A DNA stretch of 64,000 nt, from NCBI GenBank assembly GCA_964621065.1, contig CAZULG010000002.1, forward strand, positions 61,878 through 125,877. The letters run 5' to 3'. The notes beneath the pieces were generated by a model. The model ran no database searches. It saw only the letters and a program-made list of their open reading frames with translations, and was not told where the DNA came from. Positions 19,918 to 28,606 of this stretch are shown in pieces. Numbering within the stretch: position 1 is the first letter of the stretch; every line of letters starts with the position of its first letter. Made by a program: the position numbers and the translations under genes. Origin of the DNA: an uncultured Methanosarcinales archaeon (GTDB taxonomy: Archaea; Nanobdellota; Nanobdellia; Woesearchaeales; UBA583).

Positions 19918-20589
19918 TTACTTCAATAAGAAACGAACAAACATTGTAAATCCATTTAACACACTTTGCCCATGTCCTTTTTCAAGAGAGTGTTTTGAAT
20001 AATGTACTCCTATTGGAACTTCTTTGACACTCAAATTATGTTTGTAACACTCTCCAATTAATTCAGAACAAAACTCGTATCTATCAAATGTTAATTGAAT
20101 ATGCTCAATTGCTCGTCTATTGAGCACTTTAAATCCACTTTGTGAATCATAGACAAATTTTCCAAAAAATGTCCACGTTAAATATGAACCAATTGTATTA
20201 GCAATTCTTCTACTCATTGGCATCTCACTTAAATGTCCAACCATTCGTGAACCAATAATGACATCATACTTCTCCTTATATTTTAATAATTTAGAAATCT
20301 CTTTGGGATTATGTTGCAAGTCAGCGTCAATGAGTACAAGATAATCATAATTTTGTTTAAGTGCATATTTTATAATTGTAGAAGTTGCGCCACCTGCTCC
20401 ACGATTTATTGGAAGAGATATTACATGAGCCCCACTATTTTGAGCAATTTTTGCAGTATTATCTTTAGAACAATCATCAACAATTACAATGTCTTTGTAG
20501 CCAAATTGTTGAATTGTAGAGATTGTTTGAGCAATGGCAGGTTCTTCATTATATGCAGGAATACCAACAATAATTTGTGACATAATCAA
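19918..20589 (-). CDS. Glycosyltransferase family 2 (dolichyl-phosphate sugar synthase-like)
   Basis: VGIPAYNEE, IVIVDDCSKDNT, LIDADLQH (DxD region). The likely start is MSQIIV at 20583. Confidence 0.8.
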   Translation of the reverse strand: MIMSQIIVGIPAYNEEPAIAQTISTIQQFGYKDIVIVDDCSKDNTAKIAQNSGAHVISLPINRGAGGATSTIIKYALKQNYDYLVLIDADLQHNPKEISKLLKYKEKYDVIIGSRMVGHLSEMPMSRRIANTIGSYLTWTFFGKFVYDSQSGFKVLNRRAIEHIQLTFDRYEFCSELIGECYKHNLSVKEVPIGVHYSKHSLEKGHGQSVLNGFTMFVRFLLK

Positions 20590-20604
20590 ATAACAATGAT
20601 AATA

Positions 20605-20612
20605 TTTATAAA
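20605..20612. promoter_or_regulatory. Palindromic TATA box TTTATAAA between the GT2 gene and tRNA-Tyr
   Basis: The centre lies about 33 nt upstream of the tRNA-Tyr 5' end and about 26 nt upstream of the GT2 start on the other strand. Confidence 0.5.
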
Positions 20613-20641
20613 CTCTTCGTAATTTATTTTCATATTGTGGA

Positions 20642-20784
20642 CCCCGCTTAGCTCAGTGGTAGAGCATTCGGCTGTAAAATGTTATGGTGATAGGTTAATT
20701 AGTAACTTGGATGAAACCAAACCAGTCAATGTTTATAATCATGCAGTACCCGAAGTGTCCCTGGTTCAAGTCCGGGAGCGGGGA
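20642..20784 (+). tRNA. tRNA-Tyr (GUA) with a 71-nt intron at the canonical 37/38 position (intron 20678-20748)
   Basis: Acceptor CCCCGCT/AGCGGGG plus A73, with a C1-G72 pair. D arm GCTC-AGTGGTA-GAGC. Anticodon stem TTCGG/CCGAA, loop CT-GTA-A..C. T arm CCTGG-TTCAAGT-CCGGG. BHB: CTGT(32-35) pairs with GCAG before the 3' site, with 3-nt bulges AA|A and TA|C. Confidence 0.85.
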
Positions 20785-20824
20785 TTTTCAATGAGGACAC
20801 AACAAATAATTGTTGAAATTACTT

Positions 20825-20899
20825 GCCCAAGTAGTGTAGTCCGGCCTATCATGCGGCCCTGTCGAGGCCGCGACCCGGGTTCGAATCCCGGCTTGGGCG
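20825..20899 (+). tRNA. tRNA-Asp (GUC)
   Basis: Acceptor GCCCAAG/CTTGGGC plus G73. Anticodon stem CGGCC/GGCCG, loop CTGTCGA. T arm CCGGG-TTCGAAT-CCCGG. 75 nt, no encoded CCA. Confidence 0.85.
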
Positions 20900-20913
20900 T
20901 ATTATTATTCAAT

Positions 20914-20988
20914 GAGCTGTTAGCTCAGTCTGGTTAGAGCACTGGACTTTTAATCCAGGTGTCGCGGGTTCGAATCCCGTACGGCTCA
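20914..20988 (+). tRNA. tRNA-Lys (UUU)
   Basis: Acceptor GAGCTGT/ACGGCTC plus A73. D arm GCTC-AGTCTGGTTA-GAGC. Anticodon stem CTGGA/TCCAG, loop CTTTTAA. T arm GCGGG-TTCGAAT-CCCGT. Confidence 0.85.
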
Positions 20989-21075
20989 TTAATATTTACT
21001 CTCAATATGAGAGTTGTTGAAATGTGCGCACATTTCACCATAATTATTTATAACATATATGCATATAAAAACAAA

Positions 21076-21306
21076 ATGAATACACCGACTAATTTTCTAA
21101 TACCTCCTCATCGTAAACTAGAGCCTAGTGAAGTAGATGATTTATTAAAACAATATGGAATCTCTAAGGAGAATCTTCCAAAAATGAATATTAAAGATCC
21201 AGCTCTTGCAATGTTTGATATTGCAGTTGAGAGCGGAGATGTAATTGAGATTACACGTACAAGTTTTGTTGGGAAAAGGCCCTATTATCGCCTGGTGGTA
21301 TCATAA
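21076..21306 (+). CDS. rpoH: DNA-directed RNA polymerase subunit H (Rpo5)
   Basis: MNTPTNFLIPPHRKLEPSEVDDLLKQYGISKENLPKMNIKDPALAMFD..GDVIEITRTSFVGKRPYYRLVV. The longer ORF-track start (20959) runs through tRNA-Lys and is spurious. Confidence 0.85.
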   Translation: MNTPTNFLIPPHRKLEPSEVDDLLKQYGISKENLPKMNIKDPALAMFDIAVESGDVIEITRTSFVGKRPYYRLVVS

Positions 21307-21308
21307 AA

Positions 21309-22802
21309 ATGAATAAACATAAATCAAAAACACGAGTATTACTACAGTCTTATTTTGAAAATAACTCTGTAGTAGAGAGTCAATTAAAATCATATAATTA
21401 TTTTATTGAAGAAGGGCTTCAAGAAATTATTATGGGATTTGATAGAACAAGTGTTCCAGAATACTTACATGAAGTGTATGATGAAGTGAATTTAAAAATA
21501 GAAGGAGTAGAACTTGGAGAACCTGAACATATTGAAGTTGATGGTTCAAAAACAAAACTCACGCCACAAATTGCACGTATGAGAGGACTTTCTTACTCAG
21601 CACCATTAAATTTGAAAATCTCAACAACAATTGGATCTCAAAATGACACATTTGATGTGCAAATTGCACGAATGCCAATTATGCTCAAATCTAAATATTG
21701 TGTGTTAACAGATAAATCATTTGATGAACTCATTGAACTTGGAGAAGACCCTTATGAACCTGGAGGATATTTTGTTGTGAATGGAACTGAGAAAGTAGTT
21801 GTATTAATGGAAGATTTGGCATTGAATAAATTTTTCGTTGAAGAGATTACAAGTGATGAGCCTGTTGGAAAAATGTTCTCAGAGCGTGGTGTGTATAAGA
21901 GTTTGCAAGAGATTAAACTCTTAAAAGATGGATCTTACATATACACATTTGGAAATTTCAAAAATATTCCTATTTTTTTACTCATTAAAGCATTGAGTTT
22001 GATGAGTGATAAAGAGATAGTAGAACTACTGCAAGTGACAGATTCAGACGTGTTATTTCAACTCTCAGAATATTCAAAATATACGACTCATGAAGAGCTA
22101 TATGACATATTAGGAAAAAGATTTGGGCTAGTTGGGAATATAAAAGAAAAAGATGATAGAATAAATTTTTATCTTGATAATTTTGTTTTGCCTCATGTTG
22201 GAACTCAAGAGCATAATCGACGAGAAAAAGCGGAGTTGATTTGTAAATTATTTAAAAAATATTATCAAACACTAAATGAGACAAATGAAATAGATGATAA
22301 AGATAGTTCAAGAAATAAACGTGTCAAACTTGTTGGTCAATTATTTGAGCAAATGTTTGTTGGAAATTTTCAAGAATTAATTGTTGATATTTTAACAAAC
22401 TTTCAGCGAATGATTAAAAGAAATCGATTTTCTTCAATGAAAATTATTATTCGTGAACAATTATTGACTCAAAAAATCAACTCAGCTCTTGCAGTTGGAA
22501 CATGGTCTGATGGAAGAAAAGGGGTTGTTCAATATTTAAAGAGAGGAAATTATTTTGATATGCTCTCACACGTGACAAGAGTAGTATCACCACTCTCAAC
22601 TTCACAAGAGAACTTTTTAGCAAGAGAATTACATCCAACTCAGTATGGAAGATTGTGTCCAGTTGAGACGCCTGAAGGGCACAGTATTGGTTTGAGAAAA
22701 AATTTAGCAATAATGACTGATGTCACATTTAAACAAAGCTTAAGCCAAGATGAAGAGTTCATTGAGCAGCTTAAAGAATTAGGAATGGAGGGATTAAATT
22801 AA
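21309..22802 (+). CDS. rpoB2: RNA polymerase subunit B'' (N-terminal half of Rpo2)
   Basis: Unmistakable Rpo2 N-terminal sequence (..GGYFVVNGTEKVVV..RLCPVETPEGHSIGL..). It sits between rpoH and B'. Confidence 0.95.
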   Translation: MNKHKSKTRVLLQSYFENNSVVESQLKSYNYFIEEGLQEIIMGFDRTSVPEYLHEVYDEVNLKIEGVELGEPEHIEVDGSKTKLTPQIARMRGLSYSAPLNLKISTTIGSQNDTFDVQIARMPIMLKSKYCVLTDKSFDELIELGEDPYEPGGYFVVNGTEKVVVLMEDLALNKFFVEEITSDEPVGKMFSERGVYKSLQEIKLLKDGSYIYTFGNFKNIPIFLLIKALSLMSDKEIVELLQVTDSDVLFQLSEYSKYTTHEELYDILGKRFGLVGNIKEKDDRINFYLDNFVLPHVGTQEHNRREKAELICKLFKKYYQTLNETNEIDDKDSSRNKRVKLVGQLFEQMFVGNFQELIVDILTNFQRMIKRNRFSSMKIIIREQLLTQKINSALAVGTWSDGRKGVVQYLKRGNYFDMLSHVTRVVSPLSTSQENFLARELHPTQYGRLCPVETPEGHSIGLRKNLAIMTDVTFKQSLSQDEEFIEQLKELGMEGLN

Positions 22803-22803
22803 A

Positions 22804-24660
22804 ATGGCAGCAGATATTTTTGTAAACGATGTATATAAGGGTTCATGTAAAGATGGGCGAGCATATACTGAGAATTTTAAGGAGAAAAGAAGAGAAGGTG
22901 TCATTTCACATCACTACAATATTTACTATGAAAAAAATCTAGATTTTATCTATATTGAAGGAACTCCAGGAAGAATTCGAAGAGCACTCATTATTGTGAA
23001 AAATGGAAAATCAACACTCACACCTGAGATTATTGCTCAAATTGAGTCAAAAGAATTAGCGTTTAATGATTTATTGACCATGGGAGTTGTTGAGTATGTT
23101 GATGCAATGGAAGAGAATGATTGTTATGTTGCAACAAGTGAAGATACGATAACTGATGAACATACTCACTTAGAAATTTCTCCAACAATGATGTTTGGAA
23201 TTAATACTGCAACAATGCCATTTTCTGAGCATGATGAACCATCTCGTTTAATGCGTGGTCAAAAAACAGTAAAACAAGCTGTTGGTATGTATGCGTTGAA
23301 TTATTTGAAGAGAAAAGAGACAGATAGACATCTTCTCTTAGAACCTCAACGACCGCTCACTCAAACTCACATTTATGATTTGTTAAAATTTGACACGCAT
23401 CCAGCTGGGCAAAATTTAGTAGTTGCAGTGATGAGTTATGAAGGATATAACATGGATGATGGATTAATTTTAAATGAATCCTCAGTTGAGAGAGGACTTC
23501 AAAGATCAGTATATTATAAATTACACTCTGCTTCAGAGTTAAAATATCCAGGAGGTATGGAGGATAAAATTACACTACCAAATCCTGATATTAAAGGATA
23601 TCGATTAGAAGAAGATTATCGAATGCTTGAAGGAGATGGTATTGTGTCATTAGGTTCATATGTAAAAACAGGAGATGTAATTATTGGAAAAGTATCACCG
23701 CCTCGATTTGTTGAAGAAATTGAAGGATTTAATCAAATGGTGAATTTAAATGTTGACTCATCACTTGCTCTTCGAGAAGATGAACACGGAGTAGTCTCTG
23801 CAATTTATATTGTTGAAAATCAAGCAGGAGAGCGAGAAGTAAATATTATGCTTAGAGATAATAGACATCCTATTGTTGGAGACAAGTTTGCTTCAAGACA
23901 CGGTCAAAAAGGAATTGTTGGAGGAATGTTTAAGCAAAGTGATATGCCATTTTCTGAAAATGGAATTGTACCTGACGCAATTTTCTCACCACACTCAATC
24001 CCATCTCGTAAAACAGTATCACACGTAATGGAAGTATTATCAGGAAAAGTGGCAGCGCTCAGAGGAGAGTTAGTTGATGCTAATCCATTTGATGGAGAAA
24101 AAGAAGCTGATTTGAGAAAAGAGCTTGAAGAGTTCGGGTTTAATCCAACTGGTACAGAAGTAATGTTTGATCCTAAAACTGGAAAGAAAATGAAGGCTGA
24201 AATTTATGTTGGTTCATTGTATTATTTAAGACTCAATCACCAAGTAAGTTCAAAACTTCAAGCAAGAGGAACAGGACCTGTTCAACTACTCACAAGACAA
24301 CCTGCTGAGGGAAGAATGAGAGGAGGAGGATTGAAACTTGGGGAGATGGAAAAAGATGCTCTATTATCACACGGGGCGTCATTAATCTTAAAAGAGCGAT
24401 TCAGCTCAGATCAAACAACTGCTTTAGTGTGTCAAGAATGTGGATATTTTGCAGACCCATTCTTGTTTAATTACCGTTCAAAGTGTCCAATGTGTAATAG
24501 TACTAAATTTGATGAAGTAGAAGTAGCATATGCGTTTAAACTCTTCATGAATGAGTTGAGATCAATTGGTGTAAATCCTACATTTGGTGTTCGAGATAAA
24601 TTCTTTGAATCACTCAATGCAAACAGAGGAGTACATTCAACAGAGGAGGAAGAAGAATAA
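22804..24660 (+). CDS. rpoB1: RNA polymerase subunit B' (C-terminal half of Rpo2)
   Basis: ..GDKFASRHGQKGIVG..GGLKLGEMEKDAL.. plus a C-terminal Zn ribbon CQECG..CPMC. Confidence 0.95.
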   Translation: MAADIFVNDVYKGSCKDGRAYTENFKEKRREGVISHHYNIYYEKNLDFIYIEGTPGRIRRALIIVKNGKSTLTPEIIAQIESKELAFNDLLTMGVVEYVDAMEENDCYVATSEDTITDEHTHLEISPTMMFGINTATMPFSEHDEPSRLMRGQKTVKQAVGMYALNYLKRKETDRHLLLEPQRPLTQTHIYDLLKFDTHPAGQNLVVAVMSYEGYNMDDGLILNESSVERGLQRSVYYKLHSASELKYPGGMEDKITLPNPDIKGYRLEEDYRMLEGDGIVSLGSYVKTGDVIIGKVSPPRFVEEIEGFNQMVNLNVDSSLALREDEHGVVSAIYIVENQAGEREVNIMLRDNRHPIVGDKFASRHGQKGIVGGMFKQSDMPFSENGIVPDAIFSPHSIPSRKTVSHVMEVLSGKVAALRGELVDANPFDGEKEADLRKELEEFGFNPTGTEVMFDPKTGKKMKAEIYVGSLYYLRLNHQVSSKLQARGTGPVQLLTRQPAEGRMRGGGLKLGEMEKDALLSHGASLILKERFSSDQTTALVCQECGYFADPFLFNYRSKCPMCNSTKFDEVEVAYAFKLFMNELRSIGVNPTFGVRDKFFESLNANRGVHSTEEEEE

Positions 24661-24662
24661 AA

Positions 24663-27308
24663 ATGATGAATAGATTAGATAGAGTTAAAATCACAAAGAG
24701 AATTGATTGGATTGAATATGGAGTGATGTCTCCAAAACAAATTACAAAACAAAGTGTTGTAAAAGTAATTACTCCTGAAATTTATGACAAGTATGGATTT
24801 CCCGTAGAAGGAGGTCTTATGGATTTGAGAATGGGAGTTTTAGAGCCAGGACTTGTGTGTAAGACTGATAATATGGGATATAAAGATTCAGAAGGACACT
24901 TTGGTCATTTAGAACTTGCTCGCCCTATTTTAAATGTTAACTTTATTGATGAAATTGCAAATACTCTGCAGTGTACGTGTCAAGAGTGCTCACGTATTAT
25001 GATTCCAGATGAACAAATTCAACCAAAGGTTGAAGAATTTAGGCAATATCGTAAACTACATGGGATTGATAAGTTTGTGAAGCATTATGCAAAATTCAAA
25101 TCACAAGTAAAAAAAATCAAAACATGCCCTCATTGTGGAGCAAAACAAGAGGAGATTAAACTTGATAAATCCTCAGTATTTGTATTTACGCAAGGAGAGA
25201 AAAAACGATTATTGACTACTGAAATTCGATTTAGATTTGAAAATATTATTGAAGAAGATTTAGAAGTGTTAAATTTACACAATATGAGACCTGAGTGGAT
25301 GCTTATGACTGTGATGCCAATTCCTCCAGTCTCAATGCGATCAACAATTACTCTTCAAACAGGTCAGAGATCAGAAGATGATTTAACACACAAATTAACA
25401 GATATTGTAAGAACTAATCAACGATTGCACGAACACTTGCTTGTTGGAGTTCCTGAAGCAATTATTGAAGATGTTTGGGATTTACTACAATATCACATTT
25501 CAACATATATGGATAATACAATCACAGGCCTTCCTCCTGCTCGGCATAGAAATGGTGATACATTAAAATCTATTGCTGAGAGAATTAAAGGAAAGAAAGG
25601 AATTATTAGAAACAATTTAATGGGAAAGCGTGTGAATTATTCAGCAAGAACTGTAATCTCACCAGATCCTCGGCTTCGATTAAACCAAATTGGAGTGCCT
25701 GTTCAAATTGCTCAAAAATTAACAATTCCAGAGCCTGTTACTGAAGAGAATATTGAATATTTGAAAGGGTTTGTAAAAAATGGCTCAGAAGGGTATCCTG
25801 GTGCTAATTATTTAATCACAAAAACTGGAGCAAGAAAAAGTATTTCAAAAGAGATTATGGAAGTATTACTTGAAGAAATTGAGCCAGGATATATTGTTGA
25901 GCGACATATGATTGATGGAGACAATGTTGTATTTAACAGACAACCATCACTTCATAAGTTATCAATGATGGGTCATGTTGCAAAAATATTGCCTATTAAA
26001 ACATTTGCAATTAATCCAGGTGTGTGTATGCCATATAATGCTGATTTTGACGGTGATGAGATGAATATGCACATGCCTCAAACTCTTGAAGCAAGACATG
26101 AAATTGAGCAATTAATGGATGTAAAGCACCAACTTATTTCACCAGCTTCAGGAGAAGCAGTTATTGGTTGTGTTCAAGATAGTATTGCGGGATTGTATGT
26201 ACTCACACAAGATGATTTTAAACTCTCAAAACAAGACGCAGTAGAATTGTTGTTTGCAAGTGGATTTAAAGATTATGAAAAAATTAAATTTTCAAAAGAA
26301 GTGAGTGGAAAAGAAATTTTTTCAACAATTTTACCAACTACAATGAGCTTTATTGGTTCAAGTAAAAGAGGAGATGTAATTATTGAAGAGGGTCAATTAG
26401 TTGAAGGAGTAATTGATAAAAAAACAATTGGAGATGGAGGAGGAACTCTGCTTCGTCACTTACACAACAATTATGGACCTGATGAGACATTAAAAGCTGT
26501 TGGATATATGTTTAATTTAGGAATTCAAACACTTAAAAAACAAGGATTAACTGTTTCAATGGGTGATTTTGATATTCCTCAAGAAATTCCTCAAGAAGTT
26601 GAAAAAATTAATAATAGAGTGTATGCTGAAATTAATGAGATTATTACACAGTATAATGAGGGAACACTTGAGAGACTTACAGGAATGGATTTGAAAAAAT
26701 CTCGTGAAATTTATATTTTGCAAAAATTAAACTCAATTCGTGATGAGAGTATGAGAGTAGTAGAACAACATTTACCAAGAGATAGTGGAATTGCAATTAT
26801 GGCTGATTCAGGAGCAAAAGGAAATGCACTCTCAACAATTCAAATGCACGCAGGAGTTGGACAACAATCCTTAAGAGGTCAGAGAATCTCAAGAGGATTT
26901 AATAATAGAACACTCTCAACATTCAAACCATTTGACGCCTCACCTGCTGCAAGAGGATATATTTCATCTCCTCTGAGAAAAGGATTATTACCTCACGAAG
27001 TATTCTTTGGAAATATCACAGGAAGAGATGGTTTAATGGATACAGCTTTGAGGACTCCAAAGACAGGATATTTGTATAGAAGAATGGCATCAGCAATGCA
27101 AGATTTGGTTGTTGGAAAAGATTTATCTGTACATGATGAAAATGGAACAATTGTCCAATTTAAATATGGAGATGATGCAATTGATGTATCAAAAACAACA
27201 GCTGGACACTTTGATGTTGGAGCAATTGTGAAAAACACACTCTATTCGTATAAAAAAACACCTGTGAGCAAGAATAAGACTACAAAAGCAAAAGAGGTTC
27301 AAGCATAA
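24663..27308 (+). CDS. rpoA1: RNA polymerase subunit A' (Rpo1N)
   Basis: Catalytic NADFDGDEMNMH motif and N-terminal Zn-binding cysteines. 881 aa. Confidence 0.95.
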   Translation: MMNRLDRVKITKRIDWIEYGVMSPKQITKQSVVKVITPEIYDKYGFPVEGGLMDLRMGVLEPGLVCKTDNMGYKDSEGHFGHLELARPILNVNFIDEIANTLQCTCQECSRIMIPDEQIQPKVEEFRQYRKLHGIDKFVKHYAKFKSQVKKIKTCPHCGAKQEEIKLDKSSVFVFTQGEKKRLLTTEIRFRFENIIEEDLEVLNLHNMRPEWMLMTVMPIPPVSMRSTITLQTGQRSEDDLTHKLTDIVRTNQRLHEHLLVGVPEAIIEDVWDLLQYHISTYMDNTITGLPPARHRNGDTLKSIAERIKGKKGIIRNNLMGKRVNYSARTVISPDPRLRLNQIGVPVQIAQKLTIPEPVTEENIEYLKGFVKNGSEGYPGANYLITKTGARKSISKEIMEVLLEEIEPGYIVERHMIDGDNVVFNRQPSLHKLSMMGHVAKILPIKTFAINPGVCMPYNADFDGDEMNMHMPQTLEARHEIEQLMDVKHQLISPASGEAVIGCVQDSIAGLYVLTQDDFKLSKQDAVELLFASGFKDYEKIKFSKEVSGKEIFSTILPTTMSFIGSSKRGDVIIEEGQLVEGVIDKKTIGDGGGTLLRHLHNNYGPDETLKAVGYMFNLGIQTLKKQGLTVSMGDFDIPQEIPQEVEKINNRVYAEINEIITQYNEGTLERLTGMDLKKSREIYILQKLNSIRDESMRVVEQHLPRDSGIAIMADSGAKGNALSTIQMHAGVGQQSLRGQRISRGFNNRTLSTFKPFDASPAARGYISSPLRKGLLPHEVFFGNITGRDGLMDTALRTPKTGYLYRRMASAMQDLVVGKDLSVHDENGTIVQFKYGDDAIDVSKTTAGHFDVGAIVKNTLYSYKKTPVSKNKTTKAKEVQA

Positions 27309-27310
27309 AA

Positions 27311-28498
27311 ATGGCAAAAAATCAATCAACACAACCAACAACAAAACTCTCAAAAGAGCTTCAAACAACATTTAATGAATTAAAAGAAGAATATAACTCA
27401 ATTCCTGAGTATATTTTCAATGATCTAGAAAAGCACCTTACAAGTGAGATTACAAAAGACCAGCTCCAATTAATTGTACAAAATGTATATGAGGAGTATA
27501 CAAAATCGTTAATCTCACCATATGAGGCAATTGGAGTGATTACTGCTCAAAGTGTGGGAGAGAGAGCTACACAGATGACATTAAACACATTTCACTATGC
27601 AGGTGTTGCAACTGAGAGTGTAGAAGGACTTCCAAGAATTATTGAGATTTTAGACGCTAAGAAAAATTTAGAGATGCCTTTGATGAGATTATATTTAAAA
27701 AAAGGAAATGAAGCGACTGAAGATGATGTAAAACAAGTTGCAATGAAAATTAAAGAGACAAAACTTGAAGAGTATGCTCTAAAAACTAATATTGATATTG
27801 CAAATACAACTGTTTATATTGAATTAGACGTGAAGATGCTTAAGAAATTAGAGTTTGCACCTGAAGATTTAATTTCATTTTTAGATAAAAAGATTAGAAA
27901 ATCGACAAAGTGTGATGAAAAGTCTTTGAGTATTGAACTCTCACCAACTTCTGGGTTAAAAGATTTAATGAGTGCAAAATCATTAGCGCTTAACTCAGTT
28001 GTTCATGGAATTAAAGGAATTCAAGATGTGACAATTGTAAAAGAAAATGAAGAATTTGTGATTGTAACAAAAGGTTCTGCAATCAAACAAGTAATGGCAA
28101 TACCTGAGTTAGATTCTTCTAGAATGTATTCAAATGATATTGATGTGGTTAATTCAATGTTTGGAGTTGAAGCGTCAAGAAATGTTATTATTAAAGAATT
28201 AATGGATGTTGTTGAATCACAAGGATTGTCAGTAAATGAGAGACACATTTTATTAATTGCTGATGTAATGACATATACAGGTGAGCCAAGAGGAATGACT
28301 CGATACGGTATTGTTGCTGATAAGGCAAATGTGTTGACTAAAGCAAGTTTTGAGACAGCAATTAAACATATTGGAAAAGGAGCACTTATGAATGAGAGAA
28401 ATTATTTATCATCAATTACAGAGAATGTATTAACTAATCAGCAAGTGTATGTAGGAACTGGGTTTCCTAAAATTGCAGTTGAAAAAAAGAATGAATAA
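27311..28498 (+). CDS. rpoA2: RNA polymerase subunit A'' (Rpo1C)
   Basis: ..GVITAQSVGERATQMTLNTFHYAGVA.. (trigger-loop region). 395 aa. Confidence 0.95.
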   Translation: MAKNQSTQPTTKLSKELQTTFNELKEEYNSIPEYIFNDLEKHLTSEITKDQLQLIVQNVYEEYTKSLISPYEAIGVITAQSVGERATQMTLNTFHYAGVATESVEGLPRIIEILDAKKNLEMPLMRLYLKKGNEATEDDVKQVAMKIKETKLEEYALKTNIDIANTTVYIELDVKMLKKLEFAPEDLISFLDKKIRKSTKCDEKSLSIELSPTSGLKDLMSAKSLALNSVVHGIKGIQDVTIVKENEEFVIVTKGSAIKQVMAIPELDSSRMYSNDIDVVNSMFGVEASRNVIIKELMDVVESQGLSVNERHILLIADVMTYTGEPRGMTRYGIVADKANVLTKASFETAIKHIGKGALMNERNYLSSITENVLTNQQVYVGTGFPKIAVEKKNE

Positions 28499-28606
28499 AT
28501 ATAATAATCACATTTTCTTTAAATTATCTAATTTTTTATTACTATTATTTGATACATTAGAAATAAAAAGAATAAATAAAAAAAATATTTAATTGGTGTT
28601 TACTAA

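Noticed and set aside
20678-20748. C/D-box sRNA inside the tRNA-Tyr intron
   Set aside because: I looked for RUGAUGA and CUGA boxes. Only degenerate matches are present (AUGGUGAUA, UGGAUGAA), with no CUGA at the right spacing, so I do not call a C/D guide.
20635-20937. 100-aa ORF in the track, and the N-terminal 39 codons of ORF 20959-21306
   Set aside because: They run straight through three well-folding tRNA genes (Tyr, Asp, Lys). The locally high G+C of the tRNAs removes stop codons. The real rpoH starts at 21076.
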